Shown: piece after piece, positions 1-11,712 of the stretch
Layout of the letters: each line of letters begins with the position of its first letter
Numbering within the stretch: position 1 is the first letter of the stretch
Assembly (NCBI RefSeq): GCF_963921235.1
Contig: NC_086097.1
Location: forward strand, 170,068,001-170,132,000
Source of the DNA: Mobula hypostoma
Taxonomy: Eukaryota
Length of the DNA stretch: 64,000 bases
Direction: 5' to 3'
Translations under genes and position numbers: made by a program
The notes under the pieces: generated by a model
Databases searched by the model: none
What the model was told of the DNA's origin: nothing
What the model saw: the letters and a program-made list of their open reading frames with translations, nothing else

Positions 1-40
1 TGCGCAGGCGCGTGACGTAGCGCGCCAAGGTTTAAAAAGC
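1..40 (+). promoter_or_regulatory. Candidate CR1 5' Pol II promoter motifs
   Basis: TGCGCAGGCGC (NRF1-like, 1-11), TGACGT (CRE-like, 13-18) and TTTAAAAAG (TATA-like, 31-39) packed in a CpG-rich stretch. Confidence 0.35.
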
Positions 41-213
41 AGACCACCATATACAGCAGCCATTGTTGTAGTGGCCATCGTCGGAGTGGACTGAGTCAGA
101 GTGGACTATGTCAGAGTGGGGCGGCTTTGGCTCAAACAGGCTTCGGCGAGAACAGGCAGAGGCCAGGGTAGGTTCCGGTAAGTTTTTTGTTCAGATTGTT
201 TAGTGCAGTGAGA

Positions 214-1148
214 ATGCCAGGCAGGATGTTGGAATGCTCCTCTTGCAGGATGTGGGAAGTCAGGGAGCCCTCCGGTGTCCCTGACAACGACACCTGCAAG
301 AAGTGCATCCAGCTGCAGCTCCTGACAAACCGCGTTAGGGAACTGGAGCACGAGCTGGATGACCTATGGATCATTCGGGAGAATGAGGAGATTATAGATC
401 GTAGCTACAGGGAGGTAGTTATGCCAAAGGAGCAGAGGACAGGAAATTGGGTCACTGTCAGGCGAGGGAAGAGGAAAGGGCAGGCAGAGCAGGGTTCCCC
501 TGTGGCCATTCCCCTCAACAACAAGTATAACGCATTGGATACTGTTGGGGGGGATGACTTACCTGGGACTAGCTGCAGTAGCCGGATCTCTGGCACTGGG
601 TCTGGCTCTGCAGTGCAGAAGGGAGGGGGGAAAAGAGGAGAGTGGTAGTGATAGGGGATTCGATAGTTAGAGGTGTAGATAGAAGGTTCTGTGGTCGTGA
701 CAGAGAACCCAGGATGGTTTGTTGCCTCCCAGGTGCCAGGGTCAAGGATGTCTCTGATCGATTGCATGACATTCTGAAGTGGGAGGGTGACCAGCCAGAT
801 GTCGTGGTGCACATCGGTACCAATGACATAGCAAGGAAGAGTGAAGAGGTCCTGGACAGTGAGTATAGAGAGCTTGGTAGGAAGTTGAAAAGCAGGACCT
901 CAAGGGTGGTAATCTCAGGATTGCTACCTGTGCTAGGTGCCAGTGAGGGTAGGAATAGGATGCTCTGGAGGAGGAACAAGTGGCTGAGGAACTGGTGTAG
1001 GGGGCAGGGTTTCAGATTTCAGGATCATTGGGACCTCTCCTGGGGCAGGTGGGACCTGTACAAGAGAGACGGGTTACACTTGAACCACAGGGGGACCAAT
1101 ATCCTTTCAGGGAGGTTTGTTAGTGCTGTTGGGGAGGCTTTAAACTAG
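214..1148 (+). pseudogene. CR1 ORF1 (CxxC zinc finger, leucine-zipper-like coil, SGNH/GDSL esterase), one frameshift near 625-645
   Basis: ATG 214: CSSC...CKKC, LQLLTNRVRELEHELDDL; second frame VIGDS, GTND, DGLHLN esterase motifs; stop 1146-1148. Confidence 0.9.
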
Positions 1149-1150
1149 AT

Positions 1151-4100
1151 TTGCAGGGGGATGGGAACCAGAGTGCCAGAGCTGACAGTGTGGCTGGGGT
1201 GAAAATAAATGGTATTGAAAGTTTAAGCAAATCCGCTGATAGAAAGGTTGTGAGTGGTGGTAAAAATCTTCTGAGGTGTATATATTTCAATGCTAGGAGT
1301 ATTGCGGGGAAGGCAGATGAGTTGAGGGCGTGGATTGACACGTGGAATTATGATGTTGTAGCAATTAGTGAAACTTGGCTACAGGAGGGTCAGGACTGGC
1401 AGCTTAATATTCCAGGGTTCCGATGTTTCAGATGTGATCGAGGCAGAGGAATGAAAGGTGGGGGAGTAGCATTGCTTGTTAGGGAAAATATTACAGCAGT
1501 GCTCAGGCAGGACAGATTAGAGGGCTTGTCTACTGAGTCCTTATGGGTGGAGCTGAGAAACAGGAAAGGTATGGCCACATTAGTGGGATTGTATTACAGA
1601 CCACCCAATAGTCAACGAGACTTGGAAGAGCAGATCTGCAGAGAGATAGCAAGCAACTGCAGGAAACATAAAGTTGTGGTGGTAGGGGATTTTAATTTTC
1701 CATACATTGATTGGGACTCCCATACTGTTAGGGGTCTAGATGGTTTAGAGTTTGTAAAATGTGTTCAGGAAAGTTTTCTAAATCAGTATATAGAGGGACC
1801 AACTAGAGGGGATGCAATATTGGATCTCCTGTTAGGAAACGAATTAGGGCAAGTGACAGAAGTCTGTGTAGGGGAGCACTTTGGTTCCAGTGATCATAAC
1901 ACCATTAGTTTCAATTTGATCATGGACAAGGATAGATCTGGTCCTAGGGTTGAGGTTCTGAACTGGAAGAAGGCCAAATTTGAAGAAATGAGAAAGGATC
2001 TAAAAAGCGTGGATTGGGACAGGTTGCTCTCTGGCAAAGATGTGATTGGTAGGTGGGAAGCCTTCAAAGGGGAAATTTTGAGAGTGCAGAGTTTGTATGT
2101 TTCTGTCAGGATTAAAGGCAAATTGAATAGGAATAAGGAACCTTGGTTCTCAAGGGATATTGCAACTCTGATAAAGAAGAAGAGGGAGTTGTATGACATG
2201 TATAGGAAGCAGGGAGTAAATAAGGTGCTTGAGGAGTATAAGAAGTGCAAGAAAATACTTAAGAAAGAAATCAGGAGGGCAAAAAGAAGACATGAGATTG
2301 CCTTGCCAGTCAAAGTGAAGGATAATCCAAAGAGCTTTTACAAGTATATTAAGAGCAAAAGGATTGTAAGGGATAAAATTGGTCCTCTTGAAGATCAGAG
2401 TGGTCGGCTATGTGCGGAACCAAAGGAAATGGGGGAGATCTTAAATACACATCAAAGTTGCTGGTGAACGCAGCAGGCCAAGCAGCATCTGTAGGAAGAG
2501 GTGCAGTCGACGTTTCAGGCCGAGACCCCCGAAGGGTCTCGGCCTGAAACGTCGACTGCACCTCTTCCTACAGATGCTGCTTGGCTTGCTGCGTTCACCA
2601 GCAACTTTGATGTGTGTTGCTTGATTTTCCAGCATCTGCAGAATTCCTGTTGTTTGAGATCTTAAATAGTTTTTTTGTGTCTGTATTTACTAAGGAAGCT
2701 GGTATGAAATCTATGGAATTGAGGAAATCAAGTAGTGAGACCATGGAAACTGTACAGATTGAAAAGGAGGAGGTGCTTGCTGTCTTGAGGAAAATTAAAG
2801 TGGATAAATCCCCGGGACCTGACAGAGTGTTCCCTCGGACCTTGAAGGAGACTAGTGTTGAAATTGCGGGGGCCCTGGCAGAAATATTTAAAATGTCGCC
2901 GTCTACGGATGAAGTGCCGGAGGATTGGAGAGTGGCTCATGTTGTTCCGTTGTTTAAAAAAGGATCGAAAAGTAATCCGGGAAATTATAGGCCAGTGAGT
3001 TTAATGTCAGTAGTAGGTAAGTTATTGGAGGGAGTACTAAGAGACAGAATCTACAAGCATTTGGATAGACAGGGGCTTATTAGGGAGAGTCAACATGGCT
3101 TTGTGCGTGGTAGGTCATATTTGACCAATCTGTTGGAGTTTTTCGAGGAGGTTACCAGGAAAGTGGATGAAGGGAAGGCAGTGGATATTGTCTACATGGA
3201 CTTCAGTAAGGCCTTTGACAAGGTCCCGCATAGGAGGTTAGTTAGGAAAATTCAGTCGCTAGGTATACATGGAGAGGTGGTAAATTGGATTAGACACTGG
3301 CTCGATGGAAGAAGCCAGAGAGTGGTGGTAGAGGATTGCTTCTCTGAGTGGAGGCCTGTGACTAGTGGTGTGCCACAGGGATCAGTGCTGGGTCCATTGT
3401 TATTTGTGATCTATATCAATGATCTGGATGATAATGTGGTAAATTGGATCAGCAAGTTTGCTGATGATACAAAGATTGGAGGTGTAGTAGACAGTGAGGA
3501 AGGTTTTCAGAGCCTGCAGAGGGACTTGGACCAGCTGGAAAAATGGGCTGAAAAATGGCAGATGGAGTTTAATACTGACAAGTGTGAGGCATTGCACGTT
3601 GGAAGGACAAACCAAGGTAGAATATACAGGGTTAATGGTAAGGCACTGAGGAGTGCAGTGGAACAGAGGGATCTGGGAATACAGATACAAAATTCCCTAA
3701 AACTGTCGTCACAGGTAGATAGGGTCGTAAAGAGAGCTTTTGGTACATTGGCCTTTATTAATCCAAGTATTGAGTATAAGAGCTGGAATGTTATGATGAG
3801 GTTGTATAAGGCATTGGTGAGGCTGAATCTGGAGTATTGTGTTCAGTTTTGGTCACCAAATTACAGCAAGGATGTAAATAAGGTTGAAAGAGTGCAGAGA
3901 AGGTTTACAAGGATGTTGCCGGGACTTGAGGAACTCAGTTACAGAGAAAGGTTGAATAGGTTAGGACTTTATTCCCTGGAGCGTAGAAGAATGAGGGGAG
4001 ATTTGATAGAGGTATATAAAATTATGATGAGTATAGATAGAGTGAATGCAAGCAGGCTTTTTCCACTGAGGCAAGGGGAGAAAAAAACCAGAGGACATGG

Positions 4101-4299
4101 GTTAAGGGTGAGGGGGGAAAAGTTTAAAGGGAACATTAGTGGGGGCTTCTTCACACAGAGAGTGGTGGGAGTATGGAATGAGCTGCCAGGAGAGGTGGTA
4201 AATGCGGGTTCTTTTTTAACATTTAAGAATAAATTGGACGGATACATGGATGGGAGGTGTATGGAGGGATATGGTCCGTGTGCAGGTCAGTGGGACTAG
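1151..4299 (+). pseudogene. CR1 ORF2 (APE endonuclease + reverse transcriptase), interrupted by insertion
   Basis: YFNARS, ISETW, GDFN, SDH (APE); PGPD, NYRPVSL, QHGF, DFSKAFD, GVPQGS, FADD (3457-3468). Removing 2447-2667 (insert + one TSD copy) restores one ~975-codon frame. Confidence 0.93.
2447..2655 (+). mobile_element. Palindromic (fold-back) Penelope-like terminal-repeat insertion with truncated hammerhead motifs
   Basis: 82-bp arms 2447-2528/2534-2615 (1 mismatch), 5-nt loop, 40-bp tail; TSD gagatcttaaat at 2435-2446 and 2656-2667. Confidence 0.88.
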
Positions 4300-6689
4300 G
4301 CAGAAAATGGTTCGGCACAGCCAAGAAGGGCCAAAGGGCCTGTTTCTGTGTTGTAGTTTCTATGGTTCTATGGTTCTATGGGGGGGAATAAAGGATCAGC
4401 CATGATTGAATGGCGGATCAGACTTGATGGGCCAAATGGTTCAATTCTGCTCCTATGTCATATGGTCGTACGGTCATATGGTCATGTGGTGCTGTGGTGT
4501 TGTGGTCTTATGATCTTGTGGTCTTATAGCTTTATGGTCTTGTGTAGATCAGTTCATGAATCTGATGCTTGTAGGGACGTAGCTGTTCTGAACCTGGTGG
4601 TGTGGGACTTCAGATTTCTGTACCTCTTGCCTGATGAGAAGGGAAGACCAGGAGGCAAAACCTGAACATCTGGGCTAGCCATTCAGTAGAGGACTTTTGG
4701 AAAACATGTCTTCATGACATTTATATTTATCATTGTTCCTCTCATTACCAGGACTAAATCCTGGAACTTGCTCCCCATAGCGCAGTCTTGCACCTTCACC
4801 AGACAGACAGCAAGAAGATGCCTCACCACACATTCTAAAGAATAATTATACATCAGCAAGAAACACTTGCTCTGCTAGTAAATGAACAAAAATTGAAAAC
4901 ACTGTATTGATGCGGAACTCAGTTCTGCTCAAAATGATAATGGAATTAATAAATTTAAGTTTGAGATTGATAGATGTTTGCTAAGCTTGGGGTTTTAAGG
5001 AAAATAGAGTTTGGATGCAGTGCAGTTACAAATGGCATTCACTGTGCTGAGCTTGTTACCACACAATAACCTCTGCGTTTGGGAGAGCTGTGGAGCCAGA
5101 CAAAGGGAGGATGAGTTGACAGCTTCAATCACATCCAATGGGAGGTGATGAGAGAGACGGCAGGTTAGATTAGATTAGATTAGTTTACTGTCATATCACC
5201 AAGGTGCAATGGAATTTCTTGTTTGCCCGAGTTCACAGAGTAAATGGTATACATGGTAATAATAAGTTAAAGTTGAGTTTATTGTCACATGTGCAAGTAT
5301 ATGTATGCACTGGTGCAATGAAAAGCTTACAGCAGCAGCATCACTGGTAGATAAGCAGACAGAAAAGACAAGATGGAAATAAATTAAACATAAATTACAC
5401 GTGTTAAACAAGAACATAATTAGAACAAAAAATAGTCCATTGGAATTTTAAGTGATCGAAGTGCTCATAGTGTTGTTGTACAGAGGGTGTGATTAATTTT
5501 AGGTCGGTTGGTTCAAGAACCGAATGGTTGAAGGGAAGTAGCTATTCTTAAACCAGGTAGTGAGGGACTTCAGGCTACTGAATAAATACAACTATAAATA
5601 CAATGATGAGTGCAAAACAGCATAATGGTGCAAAGGTAGCAGTGCAGTCTGAAGTAAATTGACAATGGAAGGTGGGCATACAGCCTACTAGGTCCATGTT
5701 GTCTCACCGCAGAACAGCCTATAGCCCCAGTCCTTATTGCCATGTACTTCTACAACCCTTTCTAGCAGCCAGGCTCCCCACATTGCAGTGGGAGTGTCAG
5801 ATGTGGGTAGGTTTGTCCCAAGCTCCTGACAGCGAGAGTGCCAGCAACTCATCACTCTGTGTATAAAGCCATAATGACCCCTTTTTGCTCTGACTCTATT
5901 AACACTCCTTCTCCAGGGAGCACAGTATGTGATGTACCAGTTAATGCAGAAGTGTCAGGTCTTGAGGCACAGTAAATTCTTCAAAGAAAATGGCATTACA
6001 GAAACTTTTACTGTGCTCTTATGAATAATTTTATGCAAATAATCACACCTTGAAGACGATGAGAGATTTGAAGAGGAATAGATCAGAGGGATGAACTAAT
6101 TATACACATTTTCTAATGGGTGCTTTAATTAAGTATTATGCAAGCAGATTTATGTATTTCCTACAAAAAAAATCTTTGTGATGTTTAAGCTACGGGAGCA
6201 GTGCTAAATAAGAATAAACAACTTCAAAGTCTTGTATTCATGGTGCGGGAGTCTCAGAAAACCTTTTCTTCCAATAAGGTAATCTCTTTTACAGTTACTA
6301 GTTACACAGAGGAATAGGCAAGGAAAAAAGCTTTTATGAGAACTGTGTTTGAAGATCACTAGTTATAAGTGGGAATAATAAAGGGTGTGTATATAGCAAT
6401 TCCCAAAGGAAACAAGTGAAGGCAGCGAAGACAAGCTTCGATGAAAGCATTGAAATGAATGTCAAATAACTTCTTTGAAAATATATGTTTTTGTTAAACA
6501 GCTTATTGTTAAATAAAGTCCACCAGGAAATCTCAGAGTGAATCACTGTTCTTGCCTTAAGAACCTCAGCACTGAGTTTAAGGGTTCAGATCAAGCTGGG
6601 AAGAATGAGAAAGTCTGGGGGTGGGTTACATCTCTGCACTGTGCGCGAGAATCCCTCTCCTGATAGACTGGCTCCACACCTCTGTAAGG

Positions 6690-6990
6690 TGTGGGGTTAT
6701 CAAGAGGCCAGTGATAGAATCAGAATGAGATGCACCAATGTGTTGGAGCCAGGATGGATCCTCTAAGATATTGATGCCCAGGAACTTGCAGCTGCTCACC
6801 TTTTTCCACTGTAGACCCCTCAATGAGGACTGGTATGTATTCTCCTGATTTCTCCCTCCTGAAGCCTTGCTGATGTCGAGTGTGAGGTTGTTGTTACAAC
6901 TCCTGTCAACCAGCTGATCTGTCTTACTCCTGCACGCCTTCTCGTCGGCATCAGATATTCTGCTAACAACAGCAAACAATGGCTGAGGTT
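6690..6990 (-). mobile_element. Rex1/Babar-like LINE RT fragment
   Basis: Minus-strand peptide VVSRISDADE...NNLTLDISK...KFLGINILEDPSW matches other Rex1-like copies in the window. Confidence 0.7.
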
Positions 6991-7184
6991 TGACATGAAG
7001 AGAAGGATGTGGTTAATGACAGGAGTGTTCCATTGATGGACACAGGGCAGAGTCAATTTGTGGGATATCAACATTCCTGGGATAGATTTTTAATTTTTAA
7101 TTTAATTTTATTTTGCTTAGAGATTCAGCACAGAACAGGTCCTTCCAGCCCAATGAGTCACACTGCTCAGCAACTCACCTATTT

Positions 7185-7405
7185 GTCTGTAATGAGATTG
7201 TACCATATGTTCTCCCTGTGATCGTGTGGGTTTCCTCCGGGTGCTCCAGTTTCATCCCACGGTTCAAAGACGTACCAGTTGGTAGGTTAATTGGTCATTG
7301 TAAATCGCCTTGTGATTAGGAGAGGGTTAAATCGGAGTTTGTTGGGTAGTGTGGCTCGAGGGTCTGGAAGGACCTTCTCCACACGGCATCTTAATAAATA
7401 AATAA
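7185..7405 (+). mobile_element. V-SINE (HE1-like) fragment nested in an opposite-strand V-SINE
   Basis: V-domain gttctccctgtgatcgtgtgggtttcctccgggtgctccagtttcatcccac; A-rich end. Confidence 0.75.
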
Positions 7406-7690
7406 GCAAATAACCCGAGCCTAATCATGGGACAGTTTATAATAACCAATTAACCTACTAACAGGTATGTCTTTGGAATGTGGGAGGAAATCAGATCAGA
7501 CATCCCACTTTCAATCACTCCATGACATACACTTAGTGGTAGAAGAGGAAGGATTTTAGGTTAAACCACAAACCTCCACTCCCTGCCAGCAGTGGAGGAA
7601 ATATGTAGCCTGTTGGCTGGAAAAGGCCAGCATGGTAAGTGGGTGGACCAGTTTCTGGCTGGGTGCTATTTGATCTGGAAATTATTACAA

Positions 7691-7990
7691 GTGTGGCCAA
7701 GTGGTTAAGGCATTTGCCTAGTGATTTGAAAGTCGCTAGTTCGAGCCTTGGCTAAGGCAGCATGTGTGTCCTTGAGCAAGGCACTTAACCACACATTTCT
7801 CTGTGATGACACCAGTGCCAAGCTGTATGGGTCCTAATGCCCTTCCGTTAGACAACATTGGGGGGGGGGTGGAGAGGGGAGACTTGTAGCACTGGCAGCT
7901 GCTGGTCTTCTATACAATCTTGCCCAGGCCTGCGCCCTAGAAACCTTCCAAGGTGCAAATCCATGGTCTCATGAGACTAACGGATGCCTA
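7691..7990 (+). mobile_element. tRNA-derived SINE with CORE-like segment
   Basis: A box tggccaagtgg, B box agttcgagcc, CORE-like gtccttgagcaaggcacttaacc, then a LINE-like (possibly RTE-related) 3' tail. Confidence 0.7.
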
Positions 7991-8733
7991 TTGATATACA
8001 GTAACTAAGAGAATGTAAAAATGCAGCATTTTCAATGTGTCTTGCCCAAATCATTACAAGCTTCTCACTTCCTTCCATTTAGTCCACCTTCATGGTGTGT
8101 TGTTTCAGGAAGGCCAATAGTATTGGCAAGGCATGGAAGGTGAGAGATGATTGGCATGGACATGATGCTCTGGAGGCTTGTTTCTGTGCTGTGTGACTCC
8201 GTGACTCTATGACTCTCAGCAGGTCAGGCAGCTTCTGCAGAAAGAGAAACAGATTTAATATTGTGGGTAGAAGGCTCCACACAAATTGTAAATGGAATTG
8301 GAATTGGCTCATATTGTCACATGTACCAAAATGAAAAACTTGGCTTGCATACTTCAGATCAAATCATTCCACAGTGCATTGAATTAAAATAAGGTAAACT
8401 ATTTACAATATAGAATGAAGTGCAAAAGCTGCCATAAAGGAGCAATGCAGGTAAGCAATAAAGTGCAAAATCATAACGAGCTAGATTGTGAGGTCAAAGG
8501 TTTTACAGGTGTCCCCCGTTTTTCGAACGTTCGCTTTACGATACCTCACTGTTACGAAAGACCTACATTAGTACCCTGTTTTTGCTTTCAGAAGGTGTTT
8601 TCACTGTTAGGAAAAAAAGCAGTGCATGATAAAAAATTCAGCGCGCGCTCCATGCTGCCGCTCTCCCCCGGATTCGGAACGGCATTCTCATCGGCATTGC
8701 TTTAACACATGCCTGTGAGCAGCTGTTTGCAAG

Positions 8734-9170
8734 ATGAGTTCTATGGTGTCGGAAAAGCCGAAAAGAGCTCTTAAGGGTGTTACACTTAGCGTAAAACTAG
8801 ACATAATTAAGCGTTTCGATCGTGGTGAACGAAGTAAGGTCAAGGTGAGTTTGGCTTGTGGAAGCTGACGAAGATGATATTGAAAAGGTTTTGGCATTCC
8901 ATGACCAAGAACTGATAGATGAAGAGCTGATGCAATTGGAAGAGGAAAGGATAAGAATCAAAACCAAATGCAATAGCGAAAGTGAAGCAACTACGTGAGA
9001 TTTTCGCTGCAATGATAAAGTACGACTTTAATTTTGAAAGGGTACGTAGGTTTAGGGGATATTTGCAAGATGGTTTGAGTCCCTACAAAGAACTGTATGA
9101 TAGAAAAATGCGCGAGGCTCAGCAGTCAAGCAAGCCTTCCACATCAGCCACAGCAGACGATGAACCTTGA
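8734..9170 (+). pseudogene. Tigger/TIGD1-like transposase remnants (N-terminal HTH start joined to acidic C-terminus, DDE domain absent)
   Basis: KPKRALKGVTLSVKLDIIKRFDRGERSK, then EDDIEKVLAFHDQELIDEELMQLEEE and DFNFERVRRFRGYLQDGLSPYKELY. Confidence 0.8.
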
Positions 9171-9310
9171 CCTTCGACGTCGAGGCGGGCAATCATAGGA
9201 GAAGGTGAGCTGCCTGCCCTAATGGAAACAGACGACGAGATGACACCCCAGTGTCCCACCACCCCAACAGTCAGGCCGCGGACAGATACCGTACGGATTC
9301 GCGGAGAGTG

Positions 9311-9542
9311 CAGCAGTAGCCAGGAGGCACACAGCACATCTTTAAGAAAAAAGCCGAAATAAACATGCTAATTAATTAGGTGCCGCCCAACACGTAATTG
9401 TTGGCCCAGATCATAGATGATGCAGTGGGAAATCGGCACTGATCTGGGCCGACAATTACGTGCTGGGCGGCACCTAATTAATTAGCTTGTTTATTTCAGC
9501 TTTTTTCTTAAAGATGTGCTGTGTGCCTCCTGGCTACCGCTG
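9311..9542. repeat. Long inverted repeat inside the Tigger element
   Basis: ~103-bp arms 9311-9413 and 9440-9542 with few mismatches, 26-nt loop. Confidence 0.92.
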
Positions 9543-10589
9543 GATTCCTGCATGCTTCGCAGATCGGTATCAGGTCGCTGCCCGGAGAGTGGGGGCCACT
9601 GCACCAGCCAACCTGCGATGACTCAGTCTAACACACCATCATCAGTGTGCTCTGCACTGTCTTCCCAATTCCAGTAAGTGATACTACACTGTACATACAT
9701 TATTTCTACTTTATATCGGCTGTGTATTTTTACGTGTTATTTGCTATGATTTGGCAGCTTCATAGCTTAAAGGTTACTGGAGAGCGCTTGCGCCGTGTTT
9801 TTGCCAACAGCGCTTGCGTGAGATTTTCTGCCGACGGTGCTTGCGTGAGATTTTCGCTACAGAGAACAGTGCAGTAATGATTGTGGAAAAGTATTTCTAC
9901 TTTATATAGGCTGTGTATTTATCATATCATTCCTGCTTTTACTAAATGTTACTGTTATTTTAGGTTTTATGTGGTATTTGGCATGATTTGGTGGTTATTT
10001 TTGGGTCTGTGAATGTTCCCATATAAATAAATGGTAATTGCTTCTTCGCTTTATGACATTTCGGCTTACCAACCATTTCATATGAATGCTCTACCTTCGA
10101 ATGGCGGGGGAAACCTGTATTATATAAGAGGCTCATTCAAAAGTCTGATAACAGTGGGATAGAAGCTGCTCTTGAGTGTAGTGGTCCATCTATTCAGGCT
10201 TTTGTAACTACTGCCAATAGGAGAGGGGAGAAGAGAGAATGTCAGGTCTGAATCATCAACTGCTTTTCTTACTCCACAGATGCCGATGATTTGCTAAGTA
10301 TTTCGAACACATTTTGGTTTTAATTTCCAGTTTCCAGTATCTGCATTTTGTTTTAACTTCGTCTAGTATTTTATGCTTTGGTGTAAAGTTAACCTTGAGA
10401 AATTCCCACAAACCAAAGAGGGGATCTCACCACTACTGAGGGAATGGAATTTGTTCCAAGATACGACAGGACCCTACATTTTGCATGCCATGGTCCCGAG
10501 GAGCCATCGGACTGTGTAGTGGGAGAGAGAGTGTAAAAGAAGCGAGCAGGAGCAGTTGACACATTTTGCCTGCCACAGTTCTAGGCACT

Positions 10590-11567
10590 TGATAAGGTTT
10601 AAATGGAGTGGCCATTATTGGAGTGGTCATGGTGTGAGTGGGCCAGTGTTGGAGTGGAGAGTTGAGGCTTTGGCAAGGAGAGACATAGGCCATATTTAGA
10701 GTTAGGTTTTTTTTTGTTATTTATTTTTTCTGTATTTCTTATTGCATATCTAGAGCAGTGGAGATGCCAGGCAGGGTACTGGAATACTTCTCTTGCAGGA
10801 TGTGAGAAGGCAGGGAAACATCCAGAATCCCTGATGACTACATTTGCAAGAAGCACATCCAGCTGCAGCTTCTAGCAGACAGTGTTAAGCAGTTGGAACT
10901 GGAACTGGTGAACTCCGGATCATTCGGGAGGCTGATGGATTTGATAGACAGGAAATAGAGAGGGATGGTTACACCCAAGGTGCAGGACACAGGTAACTTG
11001 GTGACCTTCAGGAGGAGAAAAGGGGTTAAGCCAAGCAGTGCCAAGAATTCCTGTGGCCACTCCCTGGACAACAGGTGTACTGTTGGGAGGAATGACCTAG
11101 CCTAGGTAAGTCAAAGCAGTCAAGTTTCTAGCTCTGTGATCAGAAGGGAAGAGGGAGAAGAGATGAGCTGTAGTGATAGAGAATTAATGATTGGTTACAT
11201 GAACAGAAAGGAAGTTCTATGGATAAAAATGAGATTCTTGGATGGTTTGTTGCCTCCTGGGTGCTAGGGTGAGGGACACCTCAGATCAGATTTGCAGCAT
11301 TCTTAAGTGGGAAGGTCAGAGGTTCTGGTCCATGTCAGTACCAATGACATGGGCAGCAGGGGTGATGAGGCCCAGCAAAGTGAGTTCAGGGAGTTAGTTG
11401 CTAAGTAGAAGGACAGGGCCTCCCTTTACTCCAGGATTGTGAGTGAGGTCAGAAATAGGAAGATTTTACAGTTTAACACGTGGCCAAAGAGATGGTGCGT
11501 GAGGGAAGGCTTCAGATTTTTGGATCATTAGGCTCTCTTTCAGGGAAGGTGGGACCTGTACAGAAGG
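10590..11567 (+). mobile_element. Decayed CR1 5'UTR + ORF1
   Basis: Homologous to 60-1065 (atgccaggcaggg..., tgcaagaagcacatccagctgcag, ends GRWDLYRR). Confidence 0.85.
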
Positions 11568-11712
11568 CAACACACACAAAATGCTGGAGGAACTCAACAG
11601 GTCAGGCTGCATTTATGGAAAGGAATAACAATTAATGGTTTGAGATGAAAAATTTCTCATATTTTTCTAATTCCGATGAAGGATCTTGGCCCAAAAACAT
11701 TGACTGTTAATT
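11568..11712. mobile_element. Old PLE fold-back remnant with degenerate hammerhead
   Basis: cacacaaaatgctggaggaactcaacaggtcagg (minus arm), then ccgatgaaggatcttggcccaaaaacattgactg (plus HHR-like). Confidence 0.65.

Larger units (their letters stand above)
1..4380 (+). mobile_element. Near full-length young CR1-clade LINE (5' end may extend beyond window)
   Basis: GC-rich 5'UTR, ORF1 (zinc finger + esterase), ORF2 (APE+RT), CR1-type 3' end aagggcctgtttctgtgttgtag followed by (ttctatgg)n tail to 4380. Confidence 0.95.
8506..10117 (+). mobile_element. Tigger/pogo-type DNA transposon, internally deleted
   Basis: TA flanks (8504-8505, 10118-10119); imperfect TIRs caggtgtcccccg.../...cgggggaaacctg; transposase N- and C-terminal remnants. 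Confidence 0.88.

Noticed and set aside
620..648. Programmed -1 frameshift in CR1 ORF1
   Set aside because: No in-frame X XXY YYZ heptamer; a simple homopolymer indel is more likely.
7691..7770. tRNA gene
   Set aside because: A/B boxes are followed by a SINE body; no convincing cloverleaf or T-run terminator.
9784..9860. CRISPR-like repeat array
   Set aside because: Three adjacent repeats with no unique spacers, inside a eukaryotic transposon.
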